Source: Candidatus Pacebacteria bacterium GW2011_GWA1_46_10
Lineage (GTDB): Bacteria > Patescibacteriota > Microgenomatia > UBA1400 > PJMF01
Direction of reading: 5' to 3'
DNA: 64,000 nt
Assembly (NCBI GenBank): GCA_001002135.1
Contig: LCLP01000001.1
Span: forward strand, 294,274 to 358,273
The translations under genes were made by a program, and so were the position numbers. Shown here piece after piece: positions 38,808 through 48,446 of this stretch. Within the stretch, counting starts at the first letter, position 1. The number at the start of each line of letters is the position of its first letter. The notes beneath the pieces were generated by a model. The model searched no databases. It saw only the letters and a program-made list of their open reading frames with translations, and was not told the DNA's origin.

Positions 38808-39278
38808 TTATAGATTGGACACCTGATTTTTCCACAGCGTTCTTAATAGCCAGCCACCACCACCGATAATGACGGCGCTCAAAATGGCCCAAATATCCAG
38901 TGTCACTTCCTGGAGTTTGAGCACCACCAGCCACTCGATCGCCAGGGCAATAAAAAGACCCCAGCGTTTCCTGAGGGTCAAGAAGGTGAAGAGAAAAAAA
39001 TTACCGCCAAAAAAGAGCAGATGCAACGGTATAAAACTATTGGGCAGCAGGATGTTGCTGATTTGGTCTGGATGAATGGTAGTGAACAGCCAATAGAGAC
39101 CGGCATAAAACATGCCAGCCAAAAAAATCAGTGGGGTATGACGAAGGTGACGGGGTGAAAGTCGCCGTGGTGGCGTCTCGACCGGTCTGGTCGCTCGACG
39201 AGTAACCGTAGTGGCAGGAGTTTTTTTGAGTCTGGAGCGGGCACGCTTTTGGATCATAGGGAAATTTGCTTGGCTCAA
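38808..39278 (-). CDS. membrane protein with Arg-rich N-terminus, hypothetical
   Basis: ORF with four TM segments. First gene of the long minus-strand operon. Confidence 0.4.
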   Translation of the reverse strand: MSQANFPMIQKRARSRLKKTPATTVTRRATRPVETPPRRLSPRHLRHTPLIFLAGMFYAGLYWLFTTIHPDQISNILLPNSFIPLHLLFFGGNFFLFTFLTLRKRWGLFIALAIEWLVVLKLQEVTLDIWAILSAVIIGGGGWLLRTLWKNQVSNL

Positions 39279-39291
39279 GTATACTAAAGCT

Positions 39292-40401
39292 ATGAATTTT
39301 TGGATTGTTTTATTATTGTTGGCAGTGCTAGCCGCGCTGGTGGCTCTCTATTTTGAGATTCGCCGACTACTCGGTCGCAGTCAAAATGAGGATGAGCTGG
39401 AGGGTTTGGTTCATAAAGTCTTCGGCATGAGTGTGCCCAAGATCGCGGCTCAGAGCAAAGAAATTTTAAGTGGCGAGAAAGAAGCGATTAGAGTGGACCT
39501 GGAAAATAAGCAGCAAGTGATCGAGAAACTGGTGACAGAGCTGAAAAAGGATTTACAACAGCGCCAGCAAGAAATTCGCAGCCTCGAGCAAGATCGGGTC
39601 AAGAAATTCTCTGAGATCACCACCACCCTGACTGAACACCGTCGACTGGCTGAGGATCTTAAGGCCTCAACTCAGCAGTTGGCTCGCGTCTTGTCTGATA
39701 ACCAGAAGCGCGGTGCTTGGGGGGAGCGGATTATTGAGGATTTGTTGCAATCCGGTGGCTTAGTGGAGGGCACGCATTATCTACGGCAGAAAAAGCAAAA
39801 AGACTCAGCGCTGAAACCGGATATTATTTTACTACTGCCTGACAATCGCAACATTCCAGTGGACGTGAAGTTTCCCTATCAGGCAATTCAAAAAATCAGT
39901 GCGGCGGAAACTCCACAGGAAAAGCGAGAGTATGCCAAGGAGTTTAAAGTCGAGGTTAAGGGAAAAATTGATAAAGTGGCTGAGTATATCAATCCGGCCG
40001 ATAACACCCTTGATTACGCCATTTTATTTGTGCCCAACGAGATGATCTTTTCATTTATTAATCAAAACTTTGTCGAACTAATCGACTACGCCATTGAGCA
40101 GCGGGTGATCATCGTCTCGCCGTTTACCTTTCTGATTGTCGCCAGCACCGTTCGTGAGAGTTATCGCAACTTCATGATTGGCGGGAAACTGAAGAAGGTG
40201 GTGAAGTACATTGATGAATTTGTGGGTGAATGGGGGAAGTTTCGTCAAGAATTCGAAAAATTTGGTCGCTCGATCGACACTCTGAGCAGTGGCTACGACA
40301 AAATTACTTCGACCAGAACCAAGCAGTTGGAACGCAAAATCGAGCGAATTGAAAATTATCGTCAGAGCTCATCCAACCTACTGGAAGAAGGTAAAAAATA
40401 A
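39292..40401 (+). CDS. rmuC: DNA recombination protein RmuC
   Basis: N-terminal TM helix, long coiled coil, C-terminal RmuC nuclease-like region (FVPNEMIFSF...IVSPFTFL). Start at the ATG at 39292. Confidence 0.85.
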   Translation: MNFWIVLLLLAVLAALVALYFEIRRLLGRSQNEDELEGLVHKVFGMSVPKIAAQSKEILSGEKEAIRVDLENKQQVIEKLVTELKKDLQQRQQEIRSLEQDRVKKFSEITTTLTEHRRLAEDLKASTQQLARVLSDNQKRGAWGERIIEDLLQSGGLVEGTHYLRQKKQKDSALKPDIILLLPDNRNIPVDVKFPYQAIQKISAAETPQEKREYAKEFKVEVKGKIDKVAEYINPADNTLDYAILFVPNEMIFSFINQNFVELIDYAIEQRVIIVSPFTFLIVASTVRESYRNFMIGGKLKKVVKYIDEFVGEWGKFRQEFEKFGRSIDTLSSGYDKITSTRTKQLERKIERIENYRQSSSNLLEEGKK

Positions 40402-41514
40402 TTATTCTGTCAGATAGGTGTCAAAGAAAGTGAGGTCACGGGCTATCACCGTGTCCCAGTTGGGTTGGAGGTTGTGATCAGCGCCAGGATAGGTAAAGTA
40501 GGTGAGTTCGATCAGTGGGAGTTCAATTTCTGACGAACCTGTTCGTCGTGTGTTTTCGGTCTCGATTTTGTCGACGAACTCACTCGACCAGGTGATCAAG
40601 GCTGCTTCATCGGCAGTGCCATGATGAAGTTGGATGGGTCCGGTCAGTCGGTTAAGGTATTGTGTCAGACTGAACTGACGGGCATCGTAGTCTTTTTCAA
40701 ATAATCCTAGCCAAGCACGAGCTTCTTTGCCTTCATCCTCGTTTTCGTCACTGTAAAACAAAATTGAGTAGGGGAAGGGTGTGGTGACTGGAGCCCACAG
40801 AGTGGTGGGAATCGACTCACCAATAATTTCTAAAGCAGTCAGGGCGATTTGACCGCCATTACTATGAGCCCAGATACCCAGTTTAGCTGTGTTAAGCCGG
40901 ATCGTACTCAAACTTGGCAGTGGCAGTTGCAGGCTTGGGGTGGCTCGCAGAGTAGTGATCAGTTCAACGACGTTGATTGGTTTGATAAAGCGTGCTTCCC
41001 AGACATCGGTTGGTTCGGGGTCACTTTCGCCAAAGCCAAAAAAATCTGGCGCCAGGGTGACATAGCCGTTTTCCGCCAGCACCGCCGCCGCATTTTTAGT
41101 TCCCACACCAGTGGTGTACGTTTCTAATGGTACAAAGCCGCGCAGCATGATGATGACTGGCGCGGGTTCAAGGTCGGAGCTTTCGATAAGAGTGGTGGGC
41201 ACGTTGAGTTGACCGGTCATTCGGCGTCCACTGGTGGTATAGGAGAAAAGGTAACTGGTATAGTCTGGTGTTTCCGCCAAGACTCTATCGACGATAACAT
41301 TGCTGGGGACATAGCGGCGTTGAATGAGATTGGGGATGGTGTATTGTTGCAGCGGTTTCTCTACCTCCACTTCATTACTGAGCGGCGAGAGTAGCGGTGA
41401 GTTTTCGCCAAGATCAATGAATTGACCGAGGTAAAAACCAGCCAGGAAGATGGTGGCGGCAAAAAAACCAGTCAGTAAATAGCGATTGAACGACACGAGC
41501 GCATTGTAGCGCAA
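40402..41514 (-). CDS. alpha/beta-hydrolase fold protein (secreted/anchored), TTG start
   Basis: N-terminal signal anchor. GxSxG nucleophile elbow (AHSNGG) with downstream D/H candidates. Confidence 0.6.
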   Translation of the reverse strand: MRYNALVSFNRYLLTGFFAATIFLAGFYLGQFIDLGENSPLLSPLSNEVEVEKPLQQYTIPNLIQRRYVPSNVIVDRVLAETPDYTSYLFSYTTSGRRMTGQLNVPTTLIESSDLEPAPVIIMLRGFVPLETYTTGVGTKNAAAVLAENGYVTLAPDFFGFGESDPEPTDVWEARFIKPINVVELITTLRATPSLQLPLPSLSTIRLNTAKLGIWAHSNGGQIALTALEIIGESIPTTLWAPVTTPFPYSILFYSDENEDEGKEARAWLGLFEKDYDARQFSLTQYLNRLTGPIQLHHGTADEAALITWSSEFVDKIETENTRRTGSSEIELPLIELTYFTYPGADHNLQPNWDTVIARDLTFFDTYLTE

Positions 41515-41524
41515 GGAGAAGGAA

Positions 41525-41550
41525 AAAGCCCCGCTGTGAAGCGGGGCTTT
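41525..41550. other. Strong GC hairpin (aaagccccgc-tgtgaa-gcggggcttt)
   Basis: Perfect 10-bp stem. T-run on the minus-strand side. Confidence 0.5.
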
Positions 41551-41831
41551 GAGAGATGCCAGTACAGCCCTACATTTTTACAAAGTAGGGGCTGTCTTGC
41601 CTGGACATCTTTCGACCACCGCTTTTGGGCGGTGGCTGGAGGAGAGAGCCTACCTCCTCTGCTTCGGGGTTTTCCCCCTCAGTTTGGTCTGGATAGATGA
41701 GCATTCCATGCCCATCCTCCAATGTACCATTAGCTCCAATGGTAAGCATCTCTACTCCTTATTAGATAGTTTCTTCCTTTTCGAAAAACAGCGCGCGGTG
41801 CGTTGTTCTCGAATCGGCGAGGATTTGACGT

Positions 41832-41875
41832 ACCTCCTTTTCTCAAAGCTCAAGTAAGCGCTGAGAAAAGGAGGT
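41832..41875. other. 14-bp perfect inverted repeat acctccttttctca / tgagaaaaggaggt with 16-nt loop
   Basis: Read directly in the sequence. Inside the 600-bp non-coding region. Confidence 0.5.
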
Positions 41876-41913
41876 GTTAATTTGTTAAAGAGCGTTTTTG
41901 ACCGTCAAGGTTC

Positions 41914-41950
41914 AAAAAAACCCGCCTGGTGTGGCGGGGTGTTGTTTTTT
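41914..41950. terminator. Bidirectional rho-independent terminator
   Basis: aaaaaaa cccgcc-tggtgt-ggcggg gtgttgtttttt. Confidence 0.65.
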
Positions 41951-42130
41951 ATGACCTTCAATTCAACTACAGCACCCCGCGTTAGATAAAGCGGATAAGC
42001 CATTGGCGCTTGTAATTAAATTGTAGAGTCATACTAAGATCATATTCTCTCAATCATGGTATAAACTTGTCAATCAGGAAAAAAACTCAGACATCAGCTT
42101 TTAAGACAAGGGTCCGATATTTCAGCTATA

Positions 42131-43546
42131 ATGGGGCGTATGGCAAAAAGAACTCTCGTGGCTGAATCGATAAAAAAAATTGGTGAATCAGTCATTTTAC
42201 AAGGTTGGGTGAATACCAAACGCGACCACGGCAAGATTACGTTTGTGGATTTGCGTGATCGATCTGGGTTGGTGCAGTGTGTGGGAATGGGCCAGATGGG
42301 TGGGTTGACGGTGGAATCAGTGGTGCAGATTGAAGGGGTAGTTAAGAAACGACCAGAAAAATTAGTGAACCCCAGTCAATTAACCGGCTCGATCGAGATT
42401 GAGGTGAAAAAATATGAAATCCTTAATAAAGCAGTTGAACTTCCGATTACCTTGGACACTGATGGCCATGAGATTGGTGAAGAACCCCGGCTGAAATATC
42501 GCTATCTTGATTTACGCCGACCAATAATGCAACAAATTATGCGTCTGCGCTCGCGCTTTGCCCGAGCAATTCGCGAAGCTTTGTATAAACAAGACTTTGT
42601 GGAAATCGAGACCCCAATGCTGACCAAGGCCACCAAAGAAGGGGCGCGTGATTTTCTCGTTCCTTCTCGTTTCCAGCCCGGCAAGTTTTATGCCCTGCCG
42701 CAAAGTCCTCAGCAGTACAAACAACTCTTGATGACCGCTGGCTTTGAGCGTTATTTTCAGCTCGCCCGCTGTATTCGTGATGAAGATTTACGGGCGGACA
42801 GAGGCTTTGAACATACGCAAGTCGACATTGAGATGAGTTTTGTGGACCGTGACACAGTGATGGAAACGGTTGAGAATTTGGTTAAAACAGCCGTGAAGGC
42901 TGTGGACGGCAAACTCCAGCAAGAAAAATTTCCGATCATTAACTACGACGAGGCAATTAAAAAATATGGGGAAGATAAGTTTGATTTGCGCACTGAAGCG
43001 GAGAAAAAGGATGGAACACTCGCCTTTGCCTGGGTGATTAACTTCCCATTTTTCAAAAAAGTCGATACCAAAGACGCGGCCGAAGTTCGGGATAGTAAGA
43101 GCGGCTGGACCTTTACCCACAACCCTTTTAGCGCGCCTTTGCCGGAAGACGTCGAGCAGCACTTGGCTATGAAAGACGTTGGCGAGATTCGTACTACCCA
43201 GTATGATCTGGTTTGCAATGGCTATGAAGTAGGGGGAGGCTCAATTCGCTCCCACCGACCGGACATTTTGCGCGCCACATTCCAGATCATGGGGTACTCG
43301 GACGAAGAAATCGAGGCCAGTGTCGGTCATATGTTGAAAGCCTTTGCAGTCGGTACCCCACCCCACGGGGGGATTGCGCTTGGCCTTGACCGCTTGGTGA
43401 TGTTACTGGCTGGTGAAACATCACTCAAGGAAACGATTGCTTTCCCAATGACCTCCACTGGCCGGACGGCGGTGATGGATGCGCCAAATGAAGCCTCGGC
43501 AGAACAGTTGGCCGAGCTCGGGTTAAAAGTAGTTGAGCGTGACTAG
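42131..43546 (+). CDS. aspS: Aspartyl-tRNA synthetase, short archaeal/eukaryal-type (no GAD insertion)
   Basis: N-terminal OB fold, LPQSPQQYKQLLM (AspRS QSPQ motif), class II motif 2/3 (FERYFQLARCIRDE, GGGSIR...GLDR). The Met at 42140 may be the true, leaderless start. Confidence 0.85.
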   Translation: MGRMAKRTLVAESIKKIGESVILQGWVNTKRDHGKITFVDLRDRSGLVQCVGMGQMGGLTVESVVQIEGVVKKRPEKLVNPSQLTGSIEIEVKKYEILNKAVELPITLDTDGHEIGEEPRLKYRYLDLRRPIMQQIMRLRSRFARAIREALYKQDFVEIETPMLTKATKEGARDFLVPSRFQPGKFYALPQSPQQYKQLLMTAGFERYFQLARCIRDEDLRADRGFEHTQVDIEMSFVDRDTVMETVENLVKTAVKAVDGKLQQEKFPIINYDEAIKKYGEDKFDLRTEAEKKDGTLAFAWVINFPFFKKVDTKDAAEVRDSKSGWTFTHNPFSAPLPEDVEQHLAMKDVGEIRTTQYDLVCNGYEVGGGSIRSHRPDILRATFQIMGYSDEEIEASVGHMLKAFAVGTPPHGGIALGLDRLVMLLAGETSLKETIAFPMTSTGRTAVMDAPNEASAEQLAELGLKVVERD

Positions 43547-43555
43547 AGCATTTTC

Positions 43556-44509
43556 TTGAAATTTCTTACAATGAAGTTCGTGAAAAACTTAGGAGCCAAA
43601 GTTTATACAGCCATTGCTCTCAGCGTGATCGGTCTTTTGATCTGGCGGATTATTGATACCAAATTTATCTACCATCCGCCCCAATTCCAGTCAGTGTTAC
43701 TACTACCAGAGGAAAAACTGCCAGTTTGGGAGGCCAGTGATTCGGCGACATTAACAGAGAGTCAAGCCACTCTCTCCGCTCAGTTAAGTGCTCAAGCGTA
43801 TCTGGTGATGGAGGTGAATTCACGCACCGTGCTGGTGGAGAAAAATGCGTTGGTTCCACTCCCGCCGGCCTCCACCACCAAGCTGATGACCGCACTGACC
43901 GCCCTTGATCTGTTTGAGCTGAATGAGATAGTTGAGGTTTCTACCCAGGCGGCGCAGGAAAATAATGGTGGCGGCTTGTTTCCCCATGAGCAGTTGACGG
44001 TGCGTGATTTACTGATTGGTTTATTGGTTAGTTCCGCTAATGATGCCGCCTATGCCTTGGCTGAGCATGCAGCGGGAGGAACAGATACTTTTATGGTCCG
44101 GATGAATCAGTTGGCCAGGGAGCTTCAGCTTAATCAGACTCTCTATCAAAATCCGACCGGCTACGATGACCCGCCCAATGTTACGACGGCGCGTGACTTG
44201 GCTGTTTTGAGTTTGCAAGTGCTGGAAGATCCCCAGTTAGTAGAGTGGCTTGGTTTACAGCAGGCTGTGGTGTATAACACCGCAGGTAATATTCGTCACT
44301 TTCTGTTTCCCACCAATGAATTACTTGGGAAAAACCCCTTAATTATCGCCGGGAAGACCGGCACGACAGATCTGGCTGGAGAAGTGTTGATAAGCGTGGT
44401 GAAATACCAAGGCCGTCTAATTCTGATAATCGTCATAGGCAGCACCGACCGCTACGCTGACACCCAGATACTCCTGAATTGGTTGCAGTACAATCTTGCT
44501 TGGCAGTAG
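43556..44509 (+). CDS. D-alanyl-D-alanine carboxypeptidase (serine-type, PBP5-like)
   Basis: SxxK (ASTTKLMT), SxN (SSANDAA) and KTG (AGKTGTT) motifs. N-terminal TM anchor. Confidence 0.8.
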   Translation: MKFLTMKFVKNLGAKVYTAIALSVIGLLIWRIIDTKFIYHPPQFQSVLLLPEEKLPVWEASDSATLTESQATLSAQLSAQAYLVMEVNSRTVLVEKNALVPLPPASTTKLMTALTALDLFELNEIVEVSTQAAQENNGGGLFPHEQLTVRDLLIGLLVSSANDAAYALAEHAAGGTDTFMVRMNQLARELQLNQTLYQNPTGYDDPPNVTTARDLAVLSLQVLEDPQLVEWLGLQQAVVYNTAGNIRHFLFPTNELLGKNPLIIAGKTGTTDLAGEVLISVVKYQGRLILIIVIGSTDRYADTQILLNWLQYNLAWQ

Positions 44510-44569
44510 TCTGGAGAGTTCTAGTGCTTGATACTCCACAGCCGAGGTAAAACCCGTTAAAATATTGCT

Positions 44570-45664
44570 ATGGCCACCAGATCAAAATCCAGTAGTTCTC
44601 CTAACCTTACTACCGCCACCCATGTTGGGCGTCTGGCGGTCAAGTATGGCTTGATCGCTTTTGTGGTCATGATTGTTGGCCGGATGTTATTAACAGCGGC
44701 GATTAATTTCTGGCGCAGTATCAATCCACCACCCTTGCCGCCACCGACTGTCGGCTTTGGTGTCCTGCCAAAAATTGAGTTCCCCACTCAAACAGAGGCT
44801 GATCGACCCAAGAGTTATCGTTTGGAAACCGCTCTTGGCAGTCGTTTGCCCGAACTAGATACCGACCGGGCCAAAGTTTTTCTGGCACCATTGTCGGAAC
44901 CCAGTTTATTGGCTGATCAAGAAGTTAAACGAATTGCCGCTACCTATGGGTTTATTTTTCAGCCAGAGCTGCTTGATAGCCGTACCTATCGCTGGACCAA
45001 AGTCGGCTCTTTAAACTCCAGTTTGGAAATTGATTTACAGACGAAAAATTTTTCATTAAAGACAAATTACTTGAGCAAACCAGAATTAGTCACCGGCGGT
45101 AATCGTTTGCCCGAGGAATTTGAGGCCGTGCGTCGAGTGAAATCATTCTTGGATCGAGCTGATTTGCTGCCGGTAGATGTCGCCACCAGTGCTGGTGAGG
45201 TGGTTTTCTTAAAATCTTTGGGTGGACAGCTGGAAACGGCTTTTTCACTCTCAGATGCTGATTTTTTGCAAATTAATCTGGATCGTGGAGCGGTTGACGA
45301 TCGCTACCAGATGTACAGTACCAATCCCAAACAAGGAGTGATTTCGGCGGTGTTTTCCGGTGTACTTTCCGGTCAGGAAAGCATTGTTGATGTGGAGTAT
45401 CACTACCGGCCGGTTGACTATACTCAGGTTGAAACCTATCCACTGCGTTCAACCAAATCTGCTTGGCAGGTCCTGCAAGCGGGTGAGGGGTATGTGGCGT
45501 ATAAAGGCACGAGTGATCAAGCAGTGGTGCGTCAGGTGGAGCTGGGATACTACGAGGATTGGTTGTATGAGCAGGAGTATTTACAGCCGATTTATGTTTT
45601 CATTGGGGATAACGATTTTGTTGGCTACGTTCAGGCGGTTGACCCGCAATATGTCAGTCAATAG
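44570..45664 (+). CDS. membrane-anchored hypothetical protein
   Basis: N-terminal TM helix. No recognisable motif. Confidence 0.45.
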   Translation: MATRSKSSSSPNLTTATHVGRLAVKYGLIAFVVMIVGRMLLTAAINFWRSINPPPLPPPTVGFGVLPKIEFPTQTEADRPKSYRLETALGSRLPELDTDRAKVFLAPLSEPSLLADQEVKRIAATYGFIFQPELLDSRTYRWTKVGSLNSSLEIDLQTKNFSLKTNYLSKPELVTGGNRLPEEFEAVRRVKSFLDRADLLPVDVATSAGEVVFLKSLGGQLETAFSLSDADFLQINLDRGAVDDRYQMYSTNPKQGVISAVFSGVLSGQESIVDVEYHYRPVDYTQVETYPLRSTKSAWQVLQAGEGYVAYKGTSDQAVVRQVELGYYEDWLYEQEYLQPIYVFIGDNDFVGYVQAVDPQYVSQ

Positions 45665-47124
45665 TGGGAGAATTCATGCAGAAAAATAGCACAATGACGG
45701 TCAGAACCCGGATGGCTCCCAGCCCCACGGGCGAGCTACATGTGGGAGGGATGGCTACACTCCTCAAAAACTATGCTTGGGCGAAAAAACATGGTGGGCA
45801 ATTTGTGCTGCGGATTGAAGACACGGATAAAGAACGGGAAGTGAAGGGGGCAATCGATAAAATTTTGCGGGTGATTGGCGATTACGGCTTGGCTTGGGAT
45901 GAGGGCCCTGAGAAAGGCGGGCCGTATGGGCCGTATATTCAATCTGAGCGGCTTGACCTGTATCGAAAACACGCCGAGGCATTAGTCAAAGCAGGTAAAG
46001 CCTATCACTGTTTTTGTTCTAAGGAGCGACTGGAAAAACTGCGCGAAGAACAGCGAACGGCGCACCAACCGCCTAAGTATGACAAGCACTGCCGGCATTT
46101 GTCAGTTGATGAAGTGGCCCGAAAACTGGCCGCCGGCGAGGTGAGCGTGATTCGCCTCAAAGTGCCGGCAAACACCCAGGTGGTTTTCCAAGATCTGCTT
46201 CGTGGGGAGATTCGCATTGCCAGCAGTGAGATTGATGATCAAGTGCTTTTAAAATCAGACGGCTACCCCACCTATCACTTGGGAGTAGTGGTCGACGATC
46301 ACTTGATGAAAATCACCGATGTGATCCGCGGTGAAGAATGGATTAGTTCTGCCCCTAAGCATGTTTTGCTCTATGACGCTTTTGGTTGGGAAAAACCAGT
46401 CTTTGCTCATCTGCCCATTTTCTTAAACCCTGATGGCAAAGGGAAGATGAGTAAACGCAAAGGGGTAGTTTCGGCTCGCTCATTTCTTGATCGCGGCTAC
46501 TTGCCAGAGGCGATGTTGAACTTCTTGATGATTCTTGGCTGGGCTAAAAAAGATCAACAAGAAGTAATGTCACTTGATGAATACATTCAAGAGTTCGATC
46601 CCAAAGCTGTTAGTCTTAAATCGGCGGCCTTCGATTTGAAGAAACTGAATTGGCTCAATGGAGTCTATATTCGCCAACTGCCATTGCCGGCGTTGAAAAA
46701 ACGCCTCCAACCGTTCTTGCCAGCCGATTTTCCGGTTGACAAACTTGATGCTATTTTGCCGCTGGTGGTTGAACGGTTGGTGACCTTGGCTGAGATCGAA
46801 GCACTCACCTCGTTTTTTTATCGTCTGCCGACAATGGATGCTCAAGCCTTACTGCAAAAAGCTGATCCTCAATTGGTCACTGATCAACTAGCCCAGACAG
46901 TGGCAGGGTTGGAAAAGTTGACTGCCTGGACTCACCAGTCGGTTGAAAAAGTCATCCGTAGCTTACAAGAGGAGCACCAATGGCACAAAGGCCAGTACTT
47001 TATGATGCTGCGGTTGGCAGTGACCGGTAAAAAAGCCACGCCGCCATTATTTGAAACCATCACAGTTTTGGGGCAGCAGGAGACGACTGTTCGCCTGAAA
47101 CGAGCGTCAGCCGCTTTGGGATGA
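45664..47124 (+). CDS. gltX: Glutamyl-tRNA synthetase
   Basis: HIGH-region RMAPSPTGELHVGG and KMSKRKG. Confidence 0.9.
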   Translation: MGEFMQKNSTMTVRTRMAPSPTGELHVGGMATLLKNYAWAKKHGGQFVLRIEDTDKEREVKGAIDKILRVIGDYGLAWDEGPEKGGPYGPYIQSERLDLYRKHAEALVKAGKAYHCFCSKERLEKLREEQRTAHQPPKYDKHCRHLSVDEVARKLAAGEVSVIRLKVPANTQVVFQDLLRGEIRIASSEIDDQVLLKSDGYPTYHLGVVVDDHLMKITDVIRGEEWISSAPKHVLLYDAFGWEKPVFAHLPIFLNPDGKGKMSKRKGVVSARSFLDRGYLPEAMLNFLMILGWAKKDQQEVMSLDEYIQEFDPKAVSLKSAAFDLKKLNWLNGVYIRQLPLPALKKRLQPFLPADFPVDKLDAILPLVVERLVTLAEIEALTSFFYRLPTMDAQALLQKADPQLVTDQLAQTVAGLEKLTAWTHQSVEKVIRSLQEEHQWHKGQYFMMLRLAVTGKKATPPLFETITVLGQQETTVRLKRASAALG

Positions 47125-48059
47125 AAAATCATATGACACCAGTGAAAGCATCAGCAAAAACTCCGTTAACCAGGGAAGCATTTTTGGCAGAAGTCAAGAA
47201 ACTGGACATCAAAACGACCTCACAACAACTCTTGGCCGCCCTGTCACTGGCCGGGCAGATTGCGCTTAACCAACCGAATCCCCAGGGCAAAACCCTGCAA
47301 GTGCAGGCGATGGAGGCAAAAGAGGAAAACGATCTCATCTCACAAGTGACTCAAGAAGAACATGAAGAAATCATGGCCAAAATGGTCGGCTTTGCTCATC
47401 GGCCGCCAGGACACCTGGATAAAGAAGAGGAGCTTTATCTGGAACAACAGTTGGCTGACATGTTGGGGTTTGAGGTCACGGCGCAGCTGGACGGCCAGCG
47501 ACTCAATCACAGTATTGGAGTAATGGGCAGCGAACAACATCTCATGCGCTTTCCTGGTGACGATCTCTCACAGCACGATGCCTACCGGGAAGCAGGCATA
47601 GCAGCTAACCGTGGCGCTTTTGGCTGGTTTACGGAAAATGGCCAACTGACTGATGAGGCTATCGCTCGTGAAAAATACTATTTCGCGGTGCAAACCATGT
47701 ATTTGACTGACTGGAATGAGGCCTACAAGCAACTGAAAGACTGGTACAAGTTTCGCAAAATGATTGTGATTAATCCGGCCGAAGCAGTAGCAGTGGTCGG
47801 CGTGGTGGGTGATGCCGGGCCTGCCCAATGGGTCAAAAAACAATTTGGCGGCTCGCCAGAGGTGATTCGGGAAGGGAAGATTTGGAGTCCTAAGACGAGT
47901 GGAAAAGTTATCTTGTGGTTTGTTGATGATCCGGAAAATAAAGTGCCGTTGGGACCGATTAACCTGCAATGGGGCGCGACTCGACTGAAAATAGTTCAAA
48001 CAGAGTCAGAGGTTCATGAAACGACTGCTTCGGCAGAAAAGAGCGATGATTCAAATTAA
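47121..48059 (+). CDS. hypothetical protein
   Basis: ORF coupled by 4-bp overlap to gltX. No motif recognised. Confidence 0.45.
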   Translation: MKNHMTPVKASAKTPLTREAFLAEVKKLDIKTTSQQLLAALSLAGQIALNQPNPQGKTLQVQAMEAKEENDLISQVTQEEHEEIMAKMVGFAHRPPGHLDKEEELYLEQQLADMLGFEVTAQLDGQRLNHSIGVMGSEQHLMRFPGDDLSQHDAYREAGIAANRGAFGWFTENGQLTDEAIAREKYYFAVQTMYLTDWNEAYKQLKDWYKFRKMIVINPAEAVAVVGVVGDAGPAQWVKKQFGGSPEVIREGKIWSPKTSGKVILWFVDDPENKVPLGPINLQWGATRLKIVQTESEVHETTASAEKSDDSN

Positions 48060-48438
48060 TTTTTATATAGATTCACGGTATCCAGTTGATCGAGCCGCGC
48101 TGCGGGCCAAAGCGCAAGCGATTTTGGAAAAACACGGCATTCACCATGTTCAATTGGATGTTTCGATCGTCGGGAAACGTAAAATTCAAACGCTTAACGA
48201 ACAGAAACTCCACCACACAGGGCCAACTGATGTGTTATCCTTTCCTCATCACGGCCGAGCGCAACTGACTGACGTACCACTGCCTCAAACAGTGCCGCCG
48301 CAGTTAGGGGATGTGGTGATTAGTTTCCCCGAGGCAGTCAGCACGGCGCGCCGGTTTGGCAAACGAGTTGATGATCAGCTGGGTTTTTATCTCGAGCACG
48401 GTTTGTTGCATTTACTTGGCTATCATCATGAGGAATAA
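48046..48438 (+). CDS. ybeY: rRNA maturation endoribonuclease YbeY
   Basis: HGLLHLLGYHHEE metal-binding motif. Confidence 0.85.
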   Translation: MIQINFYIDSRYPVDRAALRAKAQAILEKHGIHHVQLDVSIVGKRKIQTLNEQKLHHTGPTDVLSFPHHGRAQLTDVPLPQTVPPQLGDVVISFPEAVSTARRFGKRVDDQLGFYLEHGLLHLLGYHHEE

Positions 48439-48446
48439 ACTAAACT

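Noticed and set aside
41549-41857. 102-aa ORF in the large non-coding region
   Set aside because: No RBS or promoter geometry. Translation is low-complexity and interrupted by the strong hairpins. The region is better interpreted as structured non-coding RNA or DNA.
41515-42130. Tested whether the non-coding region is tmRNA, RNase P RNA, SRP RNA or an aspS T-box leader
   Set aside because: None of the diagnostic strings were visible on either strand. The candidate terminator is about 180 nt from the aspS start, not immediately upstream as a T-box attenuator would be. The strings checked were the tmRNA 5' GGGGCUG / 3' tRNA-Ala-like end, the RNase P GGAAAGUCCGGGCUCC/P4, the SRP GGAAGCAGCC domain IV, and the T-box AAUUAGGGUGGUACCGCG.
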